From contig OX597818.1 of NCBI GenBank assembly GCA_951406725.2, forward strand, positions 130,882,001 through 130,946,000: DNA of 64,000 bases. Direction: 5' to 3'. Made by a program: the position numbers and the translations under genes. Source of the DNA: Octopus vulgaris (lineage: Eukaryota). The notes under the pieces are model-generated. The model was not told the origin of the DNA. It did no database searches and saw nothing but the letters and a program-made list of their open reading frames with translations. How positions within the stretch are numbered: position 1 is the first letter of the stretch; each line of letters starts with the position of its first letter. Shown in pieces: positions 15,181 through 27,010 of the stretch.

Positions 15181-15594
15181 TGGTATATATATAATCAACG
15201 GTAAAATCTATAATGGATACATCCTTATTGAAAAAAATCATGAAGCTAAAAGTGTAAATGAAACAGAAAAAGATTCATATTCACTATAGAAATTTTATAC
15301 AAGAAGTTTCTTGATTTAAATCATGTTCAGTAAAATAAAGGAGACAGGTATACTAAAAAAAAAAATAACTATGAATTTCTGCATGAAAGACAATGGGACA
15401 TTCTTAAGCAACATAAAAATAATGCTATTATTTAAATTTATTAATTTCCCTATGAAAAAAGTATTTATATTCTTAAAAATGATTGTTGACAATGTCTTAT
15501 CTTTAGCACAAAATTTTGCATGCATGCATGCATGCATGCATGCATGTATGTATGTATGTATGTATGTATGTATGTATATGTGTTTATATATATA

Positions 15595-15808
15595 TATTTC
15601 TTTACTACCCACAAGGGGCCAAACAGGGACAGACAAATGGATTAAGTCGATTACATCGACCCCAGTGCGAAACTGGTCATTTATTTATCGACCCCGAAAG
15701 GATGAAAGGCAAAGTTGACCTCGGCGGAATTTGAACTCAGAACGTAACGACAGACGAAATACCACGAAGCATTTCGCCCGGCTCGTTAACGTTTCTGCCA
15801 GCTCGCCG

Positions 15809-15811
<3 letters not shown>
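15595..15811 (-). mobile_element. SINE A ((TA)-tail subfamily), full length
   Basis: Head GGCGGCGAGCTGGCAGAAACGTTA..GAGTTCAAATTCCGCC on the minus strand; (TA)n on both sides. Confidence 0.9.
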
Positions 15812-15863
<52 letters not shown>

Positions 15864-15887
15864 AAAATGCATCTAAATTAGAAAAAC

Positions 15888-16385
15888 TTGTAATTGTTTT
15901 AAATAAATTTACTTACATATATATACCAAACTAGTTTCAGCAATATTTTTTGTTTATCTATGATAAAGATTTAAAATTATATCAGAGAAACTGTAAACCA
16001 AATCCCTATTTTTTCACTACCTTCATTTCTCCCTTGGTTTTTTTTCCCCCTCTTAACTCAGTATGACTGAAACTTTGATGATATTCATTTCTTGTCGATC
16101 ACTACTAACACTAGTGAGCATTGTACCTTCAAACAAATAGATGCACAGTTATAATATTATTGATTGCTATCAACATCTAAACTTGTCAACATCAAAATTT
16201 CTGAACATGCTTTCCTAATTCATAATTCTAAATTTTTCTGTTATGAACATTTTAATTTGTTAACTTTGAAACTTTTAAAGATGTTATAATTCATAATTAT
16301 AATTATTACCATTGATAAACAAAAATTATTGGTGAAACTAGTTTGGTATATATGTAAATAAATTTAATTTAAACAATTACAATTA
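15888..16385. repeat. Long inverted repeat (arms ~15888-15985 and ~16290-16385)
   Basis: TTGTAATTGTTT..ACATATATACCAAACTAGTTTCA..TTTTTGTTTATC is the reverse complement of GATAAACAAAAA..TGAAACTAGTTTGGTATATATGT..AAACAATTACAA. Confidence 0.85.
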
Positions 16386-16806
16386 TATATATATATATAT
16401 TGTATATATATATATAAGCAATTACAATTATGTATATATATTTTGTATATATATATAAACAATCACAATTATATATATATATATATATATATATAAAAGC
16501 ATGTATTATTGGACATTAATATTCCTCACACTTTCCATTGCATTGTTGCCTTTATTGAACTCATAAAAGCAAAAATATGCCGAATATGCTCCTTTGTCAC
16601 TTCCATTATAGCTTTGAAAAAATAACTGTTGAAATCAAACCACACTCTTCAAACCTTGCACCAAGAATAAGTACTTGGTAAAATTACTACCTGTTTTTAC
16701 AGCAAGTTGATGCAGGCAGTTTATCCTGCCTCCCCTGACTTTTATTTCATGCAATTGAAAAAAACCCACATTACTTACAGCATGAACCAATGTGTGTGTA
16801 TATGCA

Positions 16807-16837
<31 letters not shown>

Positions 16838-17119
16838 TTGAGTAGTTGAATGAATTATCTTATTATGGATAATTCGGTTAACCGATACCTGGGTAGCAAA
16901 TTCACATCAGAAAAACGCAGTTGAAGCTACATTCCAAGGGCAGAGATCACGTGCTTTTGTGTGGAAATTTGTGTGTTTTTTTAAATACAAATAATGATGA
17001 AAAGGCGGCATAATGCACCCCTTATTCCTTCAAAATTAGGAATATGCAGCCTTCGAAACATATGTCAAGAATAAAGGAATTTTGTTAATTCGTCGTTCAA
17101 CTCCATTCTTTCATTTATT

Positions 17120-17165
<46 letters not shown>

Positions 17166-17254
17166 TAATCCAAACGGGAAAACAGAAAAAACAACAACAC
17201 ATGGAACAATTAAAGTATTATTATAGGCGCTCAGGAAAAAGGGAAGAAGGAGGA

Positions 17255-17292
17255 TATGACGTTTCGAGCGGAGCTCTTCGTCGGAAACATAA
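17255..17292 (-). ncRNA. Minimal type I hammerhead-like motif (U4C variant) in a probable Penelope pLTR remnant (17160-17365)
   Basis: Minus strand reads TGTTT CCGACGA A GAGC TCC GCTC GAAAC GTC ATAT: helix II GAGC/GCTC, palindromic ACGT helix III, weak helix I. Confidence 0.6.
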
Positions 17293-17410
17293 GAGAAGGA
17301 AGAAAGAAAGATCCCGATGTGGGCGAACGGAGGGAAAAAAAATGCGACTGGTTTTTACGAAGTAAACATATATATATACGTGTGTGTGTGTGTATGTGTA
17401 TGTGTGTATT

Positions 17411-17421
17411 TTCATAGGGAT

Positions 17422-17459
<38 letters not shown>

Positions 17460-17470
17460 ATCCCTATGAA
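17411..17470. repeat. Perfect 60-bp palindrome centred on (TA)n
   Basis: TTCATAGGGATGTGA-(TA)n-TCACATCCCTATGAA. Confidence 0.95.
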
Positions 17471-18029
17471 GATTATTGTATGAGAAGAACCTGTTAGAGA
17501 CACAAAACTTGAAATTATGGATTAGCACCGAACTCCAGCTACTACATGATAAAATGCACGTCTCATTATGACATTTATTGAGCACACTTCGTTTTGTTCA
17601 TGATAACAATTGCTATTTACTCTATTCTCCAGGTGTATATTTCAGACTTGTACTTGTCTATCAAGCAACTTGATATGAGACCATGTGTTGATACTGAAGC
17701 GGTATTATGAGCAAGTCATTCTAGTCATTTAACAACACACAAAGCTTCTAAATTCACTTTAAATTTAAAATTTATATCATGACATGTTAGCATTTATTTA
17801 TTTCAAGAGGTCTCACGTTGAAGTGGAATTGGTACAGTTCTTCTACTGCAATTCAATAGAACTGTGTCACTGACCAGACTTCAATTCCATTTGTGCCACA
17901 AACATTTTGTTATCTGATGAAATAAATTCAAGTTTAACAACTTAGTAATTAAATGGTTAGTAGAGCTTTCTCAAGATGTAGTTTCTCTAATTCTCTCTCT
18001 CTCGCTCACTCTCTCTATTTATATATGTT

Positions 18030-19110
18030 ACCGGTGAACAAACAAATGTAAAAAGTATTCAATGTGTTGCAGAGGGTAAATATAATAGAAGATTGTGTAG
18101 AATACCTCAAGATGTATACTCCACCTACATCACCCTTAAGTACCATTTAGCTGATTTTTTGTCTCACCTGAAATATATGCTAATTAACCCATCACAATCT
18201 AAGATAAGCATAATAAGTAAGCTTAATCATAACACAATCAATTACCATATCAGAAGAGCTATTGGAATAATATAATGAAACTGAAAATTCATTTAGTTTG
18301 ATATCCTAGATTGTTATCATTTCATATCAAAATCTCCTTTCATCTGAAAATCAAGGACTTTGGGAAGCAATTCACAAGGATTAGTGACCGACCTCAATAT
18401 CAGAATAGTCATGAACAATGCTAAGAGGCCATGGTTATGTCATTAGAGCTTGTACTCAGTCAAAGTGGATTGAGCTCTTTTGTTTGACATTGTTATAGGG
18501 TACCACAATAGAGCTGAGATTGCAGATCTTATTGGATTATATACTGGATACCTTCAAAGAGTGTATATAAATCCACATTTTGGGTTTGTACAGAAACAAC
18601 AGTCTGGCAATTTCAAGATTCTGTCGTCAATGCCATAATTTTAGAAACAACTTAAAAGGAATCTTCGAGAAGTTTTGTCTAAACATAACCATCACCTCCA
18701 ATTTAACCAATCAACTTCATGAGAATTTTTACTTTAGCCCTACTTCAAAACAGGCGATGATTACATCTACAAAAAAAGACTAATGAGCAAATTGTATATA
18801 TTCATAGGAATTCCAACAATACTCTAAACTATAATTAAAAGCTTAGTATCTTCAACAAAACAGTATCTAGTGAGAGGTTAGAGAATATGAAACAGTGTAC
18901 AACTCTTATCCCTAAGACAGATTGATAAAAAAAGACACTTGGTTCAATCCTCCATACACCCTAGATGTCACTATGTATAGAACCACAAATTGATTATGCC
19001 TCTTTAAGTATCCTTTCGTAAAAGATTTTAGTATTTATAATATTCAGGTTTTATGTTCCTATTTAGAGAAACTCCCATATTTCCTTATGCTATAAAATAA
19101 GAAAGTGTAC
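18030..19110 (+). pseudogene. Decayed Penelope-like element reverse transcriptase
   Basis: YITLKYHLADFLSHLKYMLINPSQSKISIISK (cf. ITLKDHK..RLINP), AEIADLIGLY, GLYRNNSLAI (cf. GLYRDDGL), LNITITSNLT, YIHRNSN, WFNPPY in collinear order, with stops and frameshifts. Confidence 0.82.
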
Positions 19111-19114
19111 ATCT

Positions 19115-20246
19115 ACACAGCATGTTGTCCACAAACAGGTCTTTAACCCTTTTGATACCAACCCGCCTGAAACCGCCTCTGGCTCTGTAGTACAAATGTC
19201 TTATTCTCAAAACTTCTGCATTAAAATTTTCCACCAAACCTTAGTCACAGTTTATGTTCCTAATACTAGCTTAATGGTAACTATGTTATTTTATTAAATT
19301 CTTTGTTATATCTAAAGTTAATTAAAAGATATACAGAGCATCTCAAAATAAATATGGTAACGAAAGGGTTAATCCTTCTGTCCATCACAGACTGATGGAC
19401 ACCAATGCCAACAGTTTGGAAAAATGCTTCACCAATGCTGAGTTGGTGAGCTTTCTTTGCACATGGCTTTACCGACTGGCTACAGACACTGCTACCAGAA
19501 GATTGTTTGTATTTCCCACAGGAAGAGCCTTGATCCTCTCCTCAAACATGATGGCATGCGCTGGGTGTTTCCTCTCGACATGCAATTTCAAGTTGTAGAG
19601 GCTCGCTGCTTGTCCTTTGATACTGGTCTCCTTGGGCTGACACATGACACACCAGAAGTACAGAATTTTGCCATTCCTCCTAGCCCTTGATATAAGGATA
19701 AAATAGTCCTCAAGGTGAGGCCACAAGTTCTGAGACTTTTGGCACTCAACCTGAGCGACCTCTGCCTCACCCACAGCCATTGCAGACTCTTCAACAGGCC
19801 CTTCATCCTCAGGCCAAGCAAAAATGTCTTCACCTTCCATAACAATAAGTGATAACTTGATAAGCCGATAATGTACACTGCTGTTGCTGACACTGTGAGA
19901 CTATGTAATGTGACGTCGTAAGTGAGCAGAATTCAAGACTGCAGAATTACACAATGCTGCTCAGCTAGCTGTTGCTGCATCAACCAATCACAGCTTGCCA
20001 CGTGTACACATAGTCAGCCAGTAGCATGCCTGATGGACTCTTTGAAACATGCCCACAACAGACAGGAACAAATTTATAAATTTTGTTAGTGGGCTTAAAG
20101 TTAGTGGAACTAAATTTAGAGGCAGCTAATTAGACTGCTAACAGTCTCTAAAGTGAGCAAAAGCACTAATCTACTAAACAAAAAGAAAAGTTTGATTTGC
20201 TAATTAGCTGTTAGCAGATTAGTGGAACTGTGCCCCCCACCCACTG
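19115..20246 (-). mobile_element. hAT-like DNA transposon 5' portion with BED zinc-finger ORF (19469-19840)
   Basis: LWPHLEDYF..CVMC..SLYNLKLHVERKHP is a BED finger; frameshifted continuation VMDRRI|KDLFVDNML spans the MITE; terminus CAGTGGGTGGGGGGCACAGTTCC at 20246. Confidence 0.72.
19143..19372. mobile_element. piggyBac-type MITE with TTAA TSD, inserted in the hAT remnant
   Basis: TTAA-CCCTTTTGATACCA ... TGGTAACGAAAGGG-TTAA. Confidence 0.9.
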
Positions 20247-20359
20247 TATGTATATATCTATATATATATATATATGTGTGTGTGTATATATATACACACA
20301 CACACATGGAAATGTTGAACATTGAGAATAAGTGCTCAACACTGCACTGGTGGATAAAG

Positions 20360-20587
20360 ATACTTTATTTGTGTGTTAAGGCTACCATTGGTTTCATGTT
20401 AAGAATATATTCTACTAACAATTTTTTAAACTGATCATATGGATGAGTGGTGTTTGTCTCCATTTTGGAACAAAACACCAAAATTGAGACAAACACCATT
20501 CCTCCATGTGATTGGCTTGAAAATTTGTTAAGATATTAAGATGTTTACATAACATGAAAACAACAGTACCCTTAATTCACAAGTAAA

Positions 20588-20592
<5 letters not shown>
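20360..20592. repeat. Diverged fold-back element (~110-bp arms)
   Basis: ATCATATGGATGAGTGGTGTTTGTCTCCATTTTGG / CCAAAATTGAGACAAACACCATTCCTCCATGTGAT at the centre, with complementarity extending to both ends. Confidence 0.8.
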
Positions 20593-20622
<30 letters not shown>

Positions 20623-22828
20623 GACAGAAGTTGCTTAATCTTTTAGTTTTAGATACAGCAAAAATTTGAAAGTGTTGAAAAAGAACAATCATAGAGGAAT
20701 ATAACCGTTATTCTGAAGTGGGGAGAAGAATGAGATTGGGATAATAAAGAAGTAATTAGATAAATGTAATCCATTTTAGAGTGGTGGGCATTCTTGGTAA
20801 TTAATTAAAACAAATCAGTGAAGTAGGCCACTGTAAATATGACATAAGGTATGTGTGATGTCAACAAAGATTGCCCTGAAAGTCTTTGAGTCTTTGATAT
20901 TTTAAATGAAATCTTAATGGGGAGTTGGATGAGGTTACTTATAGGTAAATGTGCTTAATAATTCTGAAATGATTTATACCAAGAATGTTTTGTAATTTTC
21001 ATATTTTCAAAGTGTGTATGGTGATGACATTGACAAAGCTTGTACTCCAGTATGGTCTTGAACATTATCATTAAAACATGCTAAAGATTTGAAAAGCATG
21101 TTGAAGAGTTTGACATGATTATATAGAGGAAAATACAATAGTTTAAAGAAATTACGTTGTGGGAGAAACAGTAAAATCCTAAGCTAGTCATAAGTACAAA
21201 ATTTTCATGAAATGGAATAAATAATCACATCAGAATAATTTCTCAATTTGGTCAAATTTTAGTAAACAATTTCCAACTTGGTAAACCAAAACTTTACGAA
21301 ATATAATTAGAAAGTTTAAAATGAAAGGAAATCCATTTTCACCAAACTTACCTGGATAAATCCATACTTGGGAAAAAAACAGGAAATCTGTAATATCCAT
21401 TTTTTGATTTTGATTTCATCAAGATATATTGGACATGATGAATGTTTTTACAAGTTTCAAAGAAAATCATGCAAATATGAATACATGAAATAACACATTG
21501 TTTCATTTAATTAAATACTCTCAGTTCATTAATTTTAAAATGTTATCAACAAAAAAATACGAGAAGAGAAATGCTTTCTTATAATAATATAGTAATCTAT
21601 AAAACTGGTAGCAGTGTAATTTATAAATTTATAAATTTTTCAAACCCAGAAGCAACTGAAAATTCATGCATGACAACAATAAAATCAGTAACAGATAGAA
21701 TCTACAGCTAGTGAAGAGAGGTTATCTGAAAAACAATAATCATTTAAAAGACAGTTTTCTCATAATATATATAGCCTTGTTTAAGTAGAGGCTGTTCTTC
21801 TTAATCCAGTCATTCTTGGTTTACAAACTAGAAAACTGCATTCTAAACTGCAGTATGACACTGAAAAAGATACATTTACAAAGCTACTTATTCAAATTCA
21901 CCTGCATGGCAATATAGTCATAAAAGAATTTAATATATAACAACGTTATTTGGCAAAAATACTATAAAAAATTTTATGTTTGAATTTGTATTACAAGAAT
22001 CTTGATGTAAAACTTTGTACTGCACTGATAGTGTTGTGTTTGGGAACATGTATACTACCAATAAACACAAGCAATGAGAGTAGTTCACTTCAGTTTAGTA
22101 TTATTGTTGACTAATTTGTCATAAAATATTCATCACATGTTACACATCAGTGATCTTTCTAACGATTTCAAGTTGGAAAATTTGAAACTATTGAGAAGGT
22201 TACAGAAGTGTTATGCAAAACTGAAGACAAGCAGTGAATTACAATCAGTGTGTTTGTGTGTTCATTGGCAGCATATTTCTACCAAATTACAATGTTCTAG
22301 GAAAGACTTAAGCAAATTCACTTTATGAAAATTAATTGGTGACAGAGAGGTAGTGAGTGAGAGTATTTTACTATTGTTATGTAAGAATTTTAGTATATTG
22401 ACATCCAATGTATGACAATCTTTCCTAAACATACACACACATAGATGCACATACATGCACAGATGGTTTTTTTTTTTTCATCATAATAACTATTAAAGGG
22501 ACTTACTTGAAGTGGAATGCAGTCAGGTCCTGTGATGATTTCAACAGTGTTTGTCATAGCAGAGAAGGTAGCACTGCTCACTTGGTTCATCAGATCATCA
22601 ATCAGTTTGAAACAGACCTAGTAAAAAAAAAAGATATAACGTATTTATTACACATCCATATACACAAGGAAAGTGGGGGCTGGAATCTATAAAAATTACA
22701 TGTTATGTACACATTTATAAATGCATAAAGTATTATATGTGTATAGAGATGTATTTATAAAGACATCCAGATAAACATGGAGTAAAGCAAATTATATTCA
22801 CATCAATAAAAACATATACTTTTGTGTG

Positions 22829-22905
<77 letters not shown>

Positions 22906-23509
22906 TTGTCTGTCTGTCTGTCTGTCTATCTACACACACATACATACATGCATACATACACACACACAGAAACACACTCTTACACATACATATTTTTATA
23001 TAGTAAAGTGTGTTGTAACATAAGTAATTAGGTCAAGCAAGGAATTTTCAGCATCTGAAAATACACCAATAGTAATGTCAAAAAATTGCTATCTTAATAT
23101 CGAATTCCATTCAAGAAAGGCTAGAGATGATAACTCCAGAATTTATATTAAAATATAACAAAAAACTTGAATGCAGGAGAGACGTGAGTTCAATCTTTGG
23201 CAATGTGGTGACAACTTCAGGTGTTTTTCTGCCTTATTAGAACTCATCTGCAAAACAGTAAGCCTGGTTCTTCTACAAGATATTGACAGTAGCAATAAAA
23301 TAGTATTGTAAAGCAAATGACAGGAACTGTCTCAGAGCAATGAACTAAATCTGTGCTGTTGGCATAGCTCGCAGAATATTTGCCAAAAATTTGTGGTATT
23401 ATTTTCCTATTTTTTGGTCAAGGGAAAAGGCAATGCCCACTGCCTCTTTTACAGAGTCTATAAGACTAATTTTCCACCCTGAACATAATAAACAAGCATT
23501 AGGGATGTT

Positions 23510-23590
23510 CTAGTGCAGCTGAAATGACACTGCCAATTCAGGACTCTCAACTAGTACCATCTCCACTGCACCAGGAATTAGATGTTCTGG
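23510..23590 (-). CDS. Candidate terminal coding exon of an unidentified host gene (PEHLIPGAVEMVLVESPELAVSFQLH*)
   Basis: Acceptor TTTTTTACAG, 26 codons plus TAG, followed by a long TE-poor region; no recognised homology. Confidence 0.35.
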   Translation of the reverse strand, partial: PEHLIPGAVEMVLVESPELAVSFQLH

Positions 23591-23825
23591 CTGTAAAAAA
23601 TCTTTGTTTTTATTGAACATGACTACTAATTTCTCTTATTTCTACTAGTCAATCCTACCAAGCTACTCAACTACTAAATTTCATTTAACTGTTTATTTAG
23701 GGTTCATTTAAGAATATGCTGACTTGTGAAGTATTGACAGAATAGAGAAAATAAAAATTCACACATAGAAATATTAACATTTCTAAGTCTCTCTAAAGGC
23801 GACTACGGCAGCAGAACTGGATATC

Positions 23826-24019
23826 AATTGTTATCACCAAGCTAATATGGCAGTCTAGAAATATAGGATGAATACTGCCTTTAGCTCCAAGAGACCATTG
23901 CTTCTAGCTAGCTATGTGACGTCACATAGTGAGCTAGAGGCGATGGCCTCTTGGAGTTAATCAACGGCAGCATTCGCCCTATATTTATGGACTGTCATAT
24001 TAGCTTGGCGATAACTATT
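23826..24019. repeat. Fold-back/MITE-like palindrome with no spacer
   Basis: Centre CTATGTGAC|GTCACATAG; outer arms GTTATCACCAAGCTAATATGGCAGTC / GACTGTCATATTAGCTTGGCGATAAC. Confidence 0.88.
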
Positions 24020-24134
24020 AATAAAAATTCACACATTATTCTGGAACTATGTATTTGACAATACAAGCAAAGCTGATAGAGATTTTAAATCTTTGCCCTA
24101 TGAAAAAAGAAAATCAGTTTTTAATTTTTATTTG

Positions 24135-24605
24135 TAGCCAGTACCGCATCGACTGGCCTCCATGCTGTGGGCACGTAACAAACACCATCCGATCGTGGCC
24201 GTGCCAGCCTCGTCTGGTCTCCGTGCCGGTGGCACGTAAAAAACACCATCCGAGCGTGGCTGTTCACCAGCCTCGTCTGGCACCTGTGTCGGTGGCACAG
24301 AAAAAACACCATCCGAGCGTGGCTGTTCGCCAGCCTCGTCTCGCACCTGTGTCAGTGGCACAAAAAAACACCATCCGAGCGTGGCCGTTCGCCAGCCTCG
24401 TCTGGCACCTGTGTCGGTGGCACATAAAAAGCACCCACTACACTCACAGAGTGGTTGGCATTAGGAAGGGCATCCAGCTGTAGAAACACTGCCAGATCAG
24501 ACTGGGCTTGGTGCAGCCATCTGGCTTCCCAGATCCCAGTTGAACCGTCCAACCCATGCTAGCATGGAAAAGCGGACATTAAACGATGATGATGATGATG
24601 ATGAT
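24135..24605 (+). mobile_element. Repeat family C with ~4.5 VNTR units
   Basis: Tandem ~62-nt CACCATCCGAGCGTGGC..CCAGCCTCGTCTGGCACCTGTGTCGGTGGCAC units, conserved tail and (GAT)n. Confidence 0.9.
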
Positions 24606-24681
24606 CTTAAGAAGAGACAGTGAGAATTACTTTCAGAGGTTATCTGGGAGCAATCAGCTTGATTTTGTTAGTCCATTTAAC

Positions 24682-24740
24682 CTGATGCAGGTCAATATCA
24701 ACAGGAAAAACACGAGCAAGAAAAAGATGCCAAAGGGCCA
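24682..24740 (-). CDS. Candidate internal exon ((V)ALWHLFLARVFPVDIDLHQ)
   Basis: TACAG acceptor, CAG|GTTAAA donor; phase 0 joins the 23590 exon. Confidence 0.3.
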
Positions 24741-24744
24741 CTGT

Positions 24745-24782
<38 letters not shown>

Positions 24783-25158
24783 TAGATAGATAGATAGATA
24801 GATAGATGGTTATATATATAAATATAACTATTTGGGACGATGTCTAAAGGCTCTAAAGTGATGCCACATGTTTTCCTTGTCTATTTTCTGGTTCTCATAT
24901 ATATATATATACACATTCATACATAGATATGCGTGTGTGTGTTTGTGCATGTGTGCACGCATGTGTGTCTTGGTTGTGTGATATGCATAATGTTACTGGT
25001 GCATTAAAACCACTCATTGTTTCCTAAGTAGAATATTTCAAATGTCAATTGTCAAGAGTATAGCAAGATTTCATGTTCACTGAACACTGAACATACTAAT
25101 CACCTAATTTATTCAAAACAATGCCATGACTTTACCATTCCTGACATCCATCTGTCTA

Positions 25159-25223
<65 letters not shown>

Positions 25224-25375
25224 ATCTATATATATATGTGTGTATATATATATATATATGTGTGTATTACATACAAGCATATATATTTGCATGTAGATAT
25301 ACAAATGTAGACAGATAGATAGATAGATTTATCATATGTATATATGATATATATAATTATATGCATAGATTTATC

Positions 25376-25410
<35 letters not shown>

Positions 25411-25538
25411 TTTATATATATACATATACACACACATATATAATGCATATAATGCATGTTTATACATATATATATTTGCTCATGCATTTGTGCATGTATA
25501 TATATATTGTTGGATAGATAGATATATGGACAGATTTA

Positions 25539-25575
<37 letters not shown>

Positions 25576-25633
25576 GTATATATATACATATATCTGTTCA
25601 TATGTTTGTGGAAATATATATATCACCGTGATA

Positions 25634-25862
25634 TAAGGTGGCGAGCTGGCAGAAACGTTAGCACGCCGGGCGAAATGCTTAGTGGTATTTCGTCTGCCGT
25701 TACGTTCCGAGTTCAAATTCCGCCAAGGTCGACTTTGCCTTTCATCCTTCCGGGGTCGATAAATTAAGTACCAGTTATGCACTGGGGTCGATGTAATCGA
25801 CTTAATCCCTTTGTCTGTCCTTGTTTGTCTCCTCTGTGTTTAGCCCCTTGTGGATAGTAAAG

Positions 25863-25867
<5 letters not shown>
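25634..25867 (+). mobile_element. SINE A ((TA)-tail subfamily), full length
   Basis: Head and core as above, tail TTAGCCCCTTGTGGATAGTAAAGAAATA(TA)n. Confidence 0.92.
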
Positions 25868-25927
<60 letters not shown>

Positions 25928-25929
<2 letters not shown>

Positions 25930-26240
25930 AATGTGATCACCGTAACTGACCAGGCTATCAGATGTTGCTACACATCGCTGGTCACAATGTGCTTTGCATT
26001 GTTTTAGCCTTCAAATGACGCCACCCTGCTGGCTAAGCGAGCAGGCCAACAGAAGAAAGAGTGATAGAAAGTTGTGGCAAAAGAGTACAGCAGGGATCGC
26101 CAATCACCTCCTGCCGGAGCCTCATGGAGCTTTAGGTGTTTTCACTCAATAAACACTCACAACGCCCAGACTGGGAATCGAAACCGTGATCCTACAACCT
26201 CGAGTTCGCTGCCCTAACCACTGGGCCACTGCAACTCCAT
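25928..26240 (-). mobile_element. SINE family F (head shared with SINE D, different 3' half)
   Basis: GTGGCCCAGTGGTTAGGGCAGCG..GGTTTCGATTCCCAG head on the minus strand; 3' half also at 40337-40520. Confidence 0.82.
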
Positions 26241-26262
26241 GGAAATATATATATATATATAT

Positions 26263-26603
26263 ATATCAAAATAAGCAACAAGAATGACTCCGGTAATTTA
26301 TATGATCGTTTCGTACTACATCATTTTATTAAATGTTGTAAGTATTACAACAGTTTTAAAATGCTGAGCACTCATCAGCCAATTATAGAGGTTTTCCATT
26401 AATACAAAAATTTTCATATCAAGTGGCAACATTATATAGAAGGTAGGTATATACCTACCTTCTCTTTGTATTAATGGAAAACCTCTATAATTGGCTGATG
26501 AGTACTCAGCATTTTAAAACTGTTGTAATACTTACAACATTTAATGAAATGATGTAGTATGAAACGATCGTACCAAATTACCGGAGTCATTCTTATTTTG
26601 ATT
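26263..26603. mobile_element. Palindromic element with two outward-reading hammerhead motifs (Penelope pLTR-like inverted repeat)
   Basis: Arms 26280-26408 and 26464-26594 are near-perfect reverse complements; inner hairpin GAAGGTAGGTATATACCTACCTTC. Confidence 0.85.
26487..26580 (+). ncRNA. Minimal type I hammerhead ribozyme motif, canonical core
   Basis: TAATTGG CTGATGA GTACT..(TGTTGTAA tac TTACAACA)..AGTAT GAAAC GATC GTA CCAAATTA; helix I TAATTGG/CCAAATTA, helix II GTACT/AGTAT, palindromic CGATCG helix III, GUA site at 26570-26572. Confidence 0.8.
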
Positions 26604-26697
26604 ATAATCACCCCAAGGATTTTTATGGATAACACCATACAGAATTCTGGTGCATCTAAATTAAGTACCATATTCATTTGAATCTAAATTTTTGCTG

Positions 26698-26738
<41 letters not shown>

Positions 26739-26915
26739 ACGTAAATTGAGGCACCTTGCTAGGTCGGTATATTATAGTAGACTTGACAAGGTATGCGTTA
26801 TTTTCTACACTCATTCTGCTATGGATATGACAAAAGAGACAAGGTAAATATCTTGAGTTCCATTATTGATGTGAATAAGTTAGGGAAATGGTTGTATCAT
26901 CTACAGTTGAAGTCT

Positions 26916-27010
26916 ATGCAGTCATCTGATGAGAATGGCTCCTTTCAAATGATGTAATGTTTTCATTAATCAGTTGAAGGAGTCGCTTGAAACTTGCCAT
27001 AATGAATTGA
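26916..27010 (+). ncRNA. Degenerate type I hammerhead motif
   Basis: CAGTCAT CTGATGA GAATGGCTCCTTTCAA..TTGAAGGAGTCGCTT GAAAC TTGCC ATA ATGA; good helix II, damaged helix III. Confidence 0.55.

Noticed and set aside
14190-17040. Slightly CpG-richer patches at ~14200-14280 and ~16870-17020 as promoters or first exons
   Set aside because: Only short generic motifs (TTCCGG, CACGTG); no independent support
24175-24430. CRISPR-like regular repeats in family C
   Set aside because: Whole units repeat with no unique spacers; no cas genes; eukaryotic retroelement context
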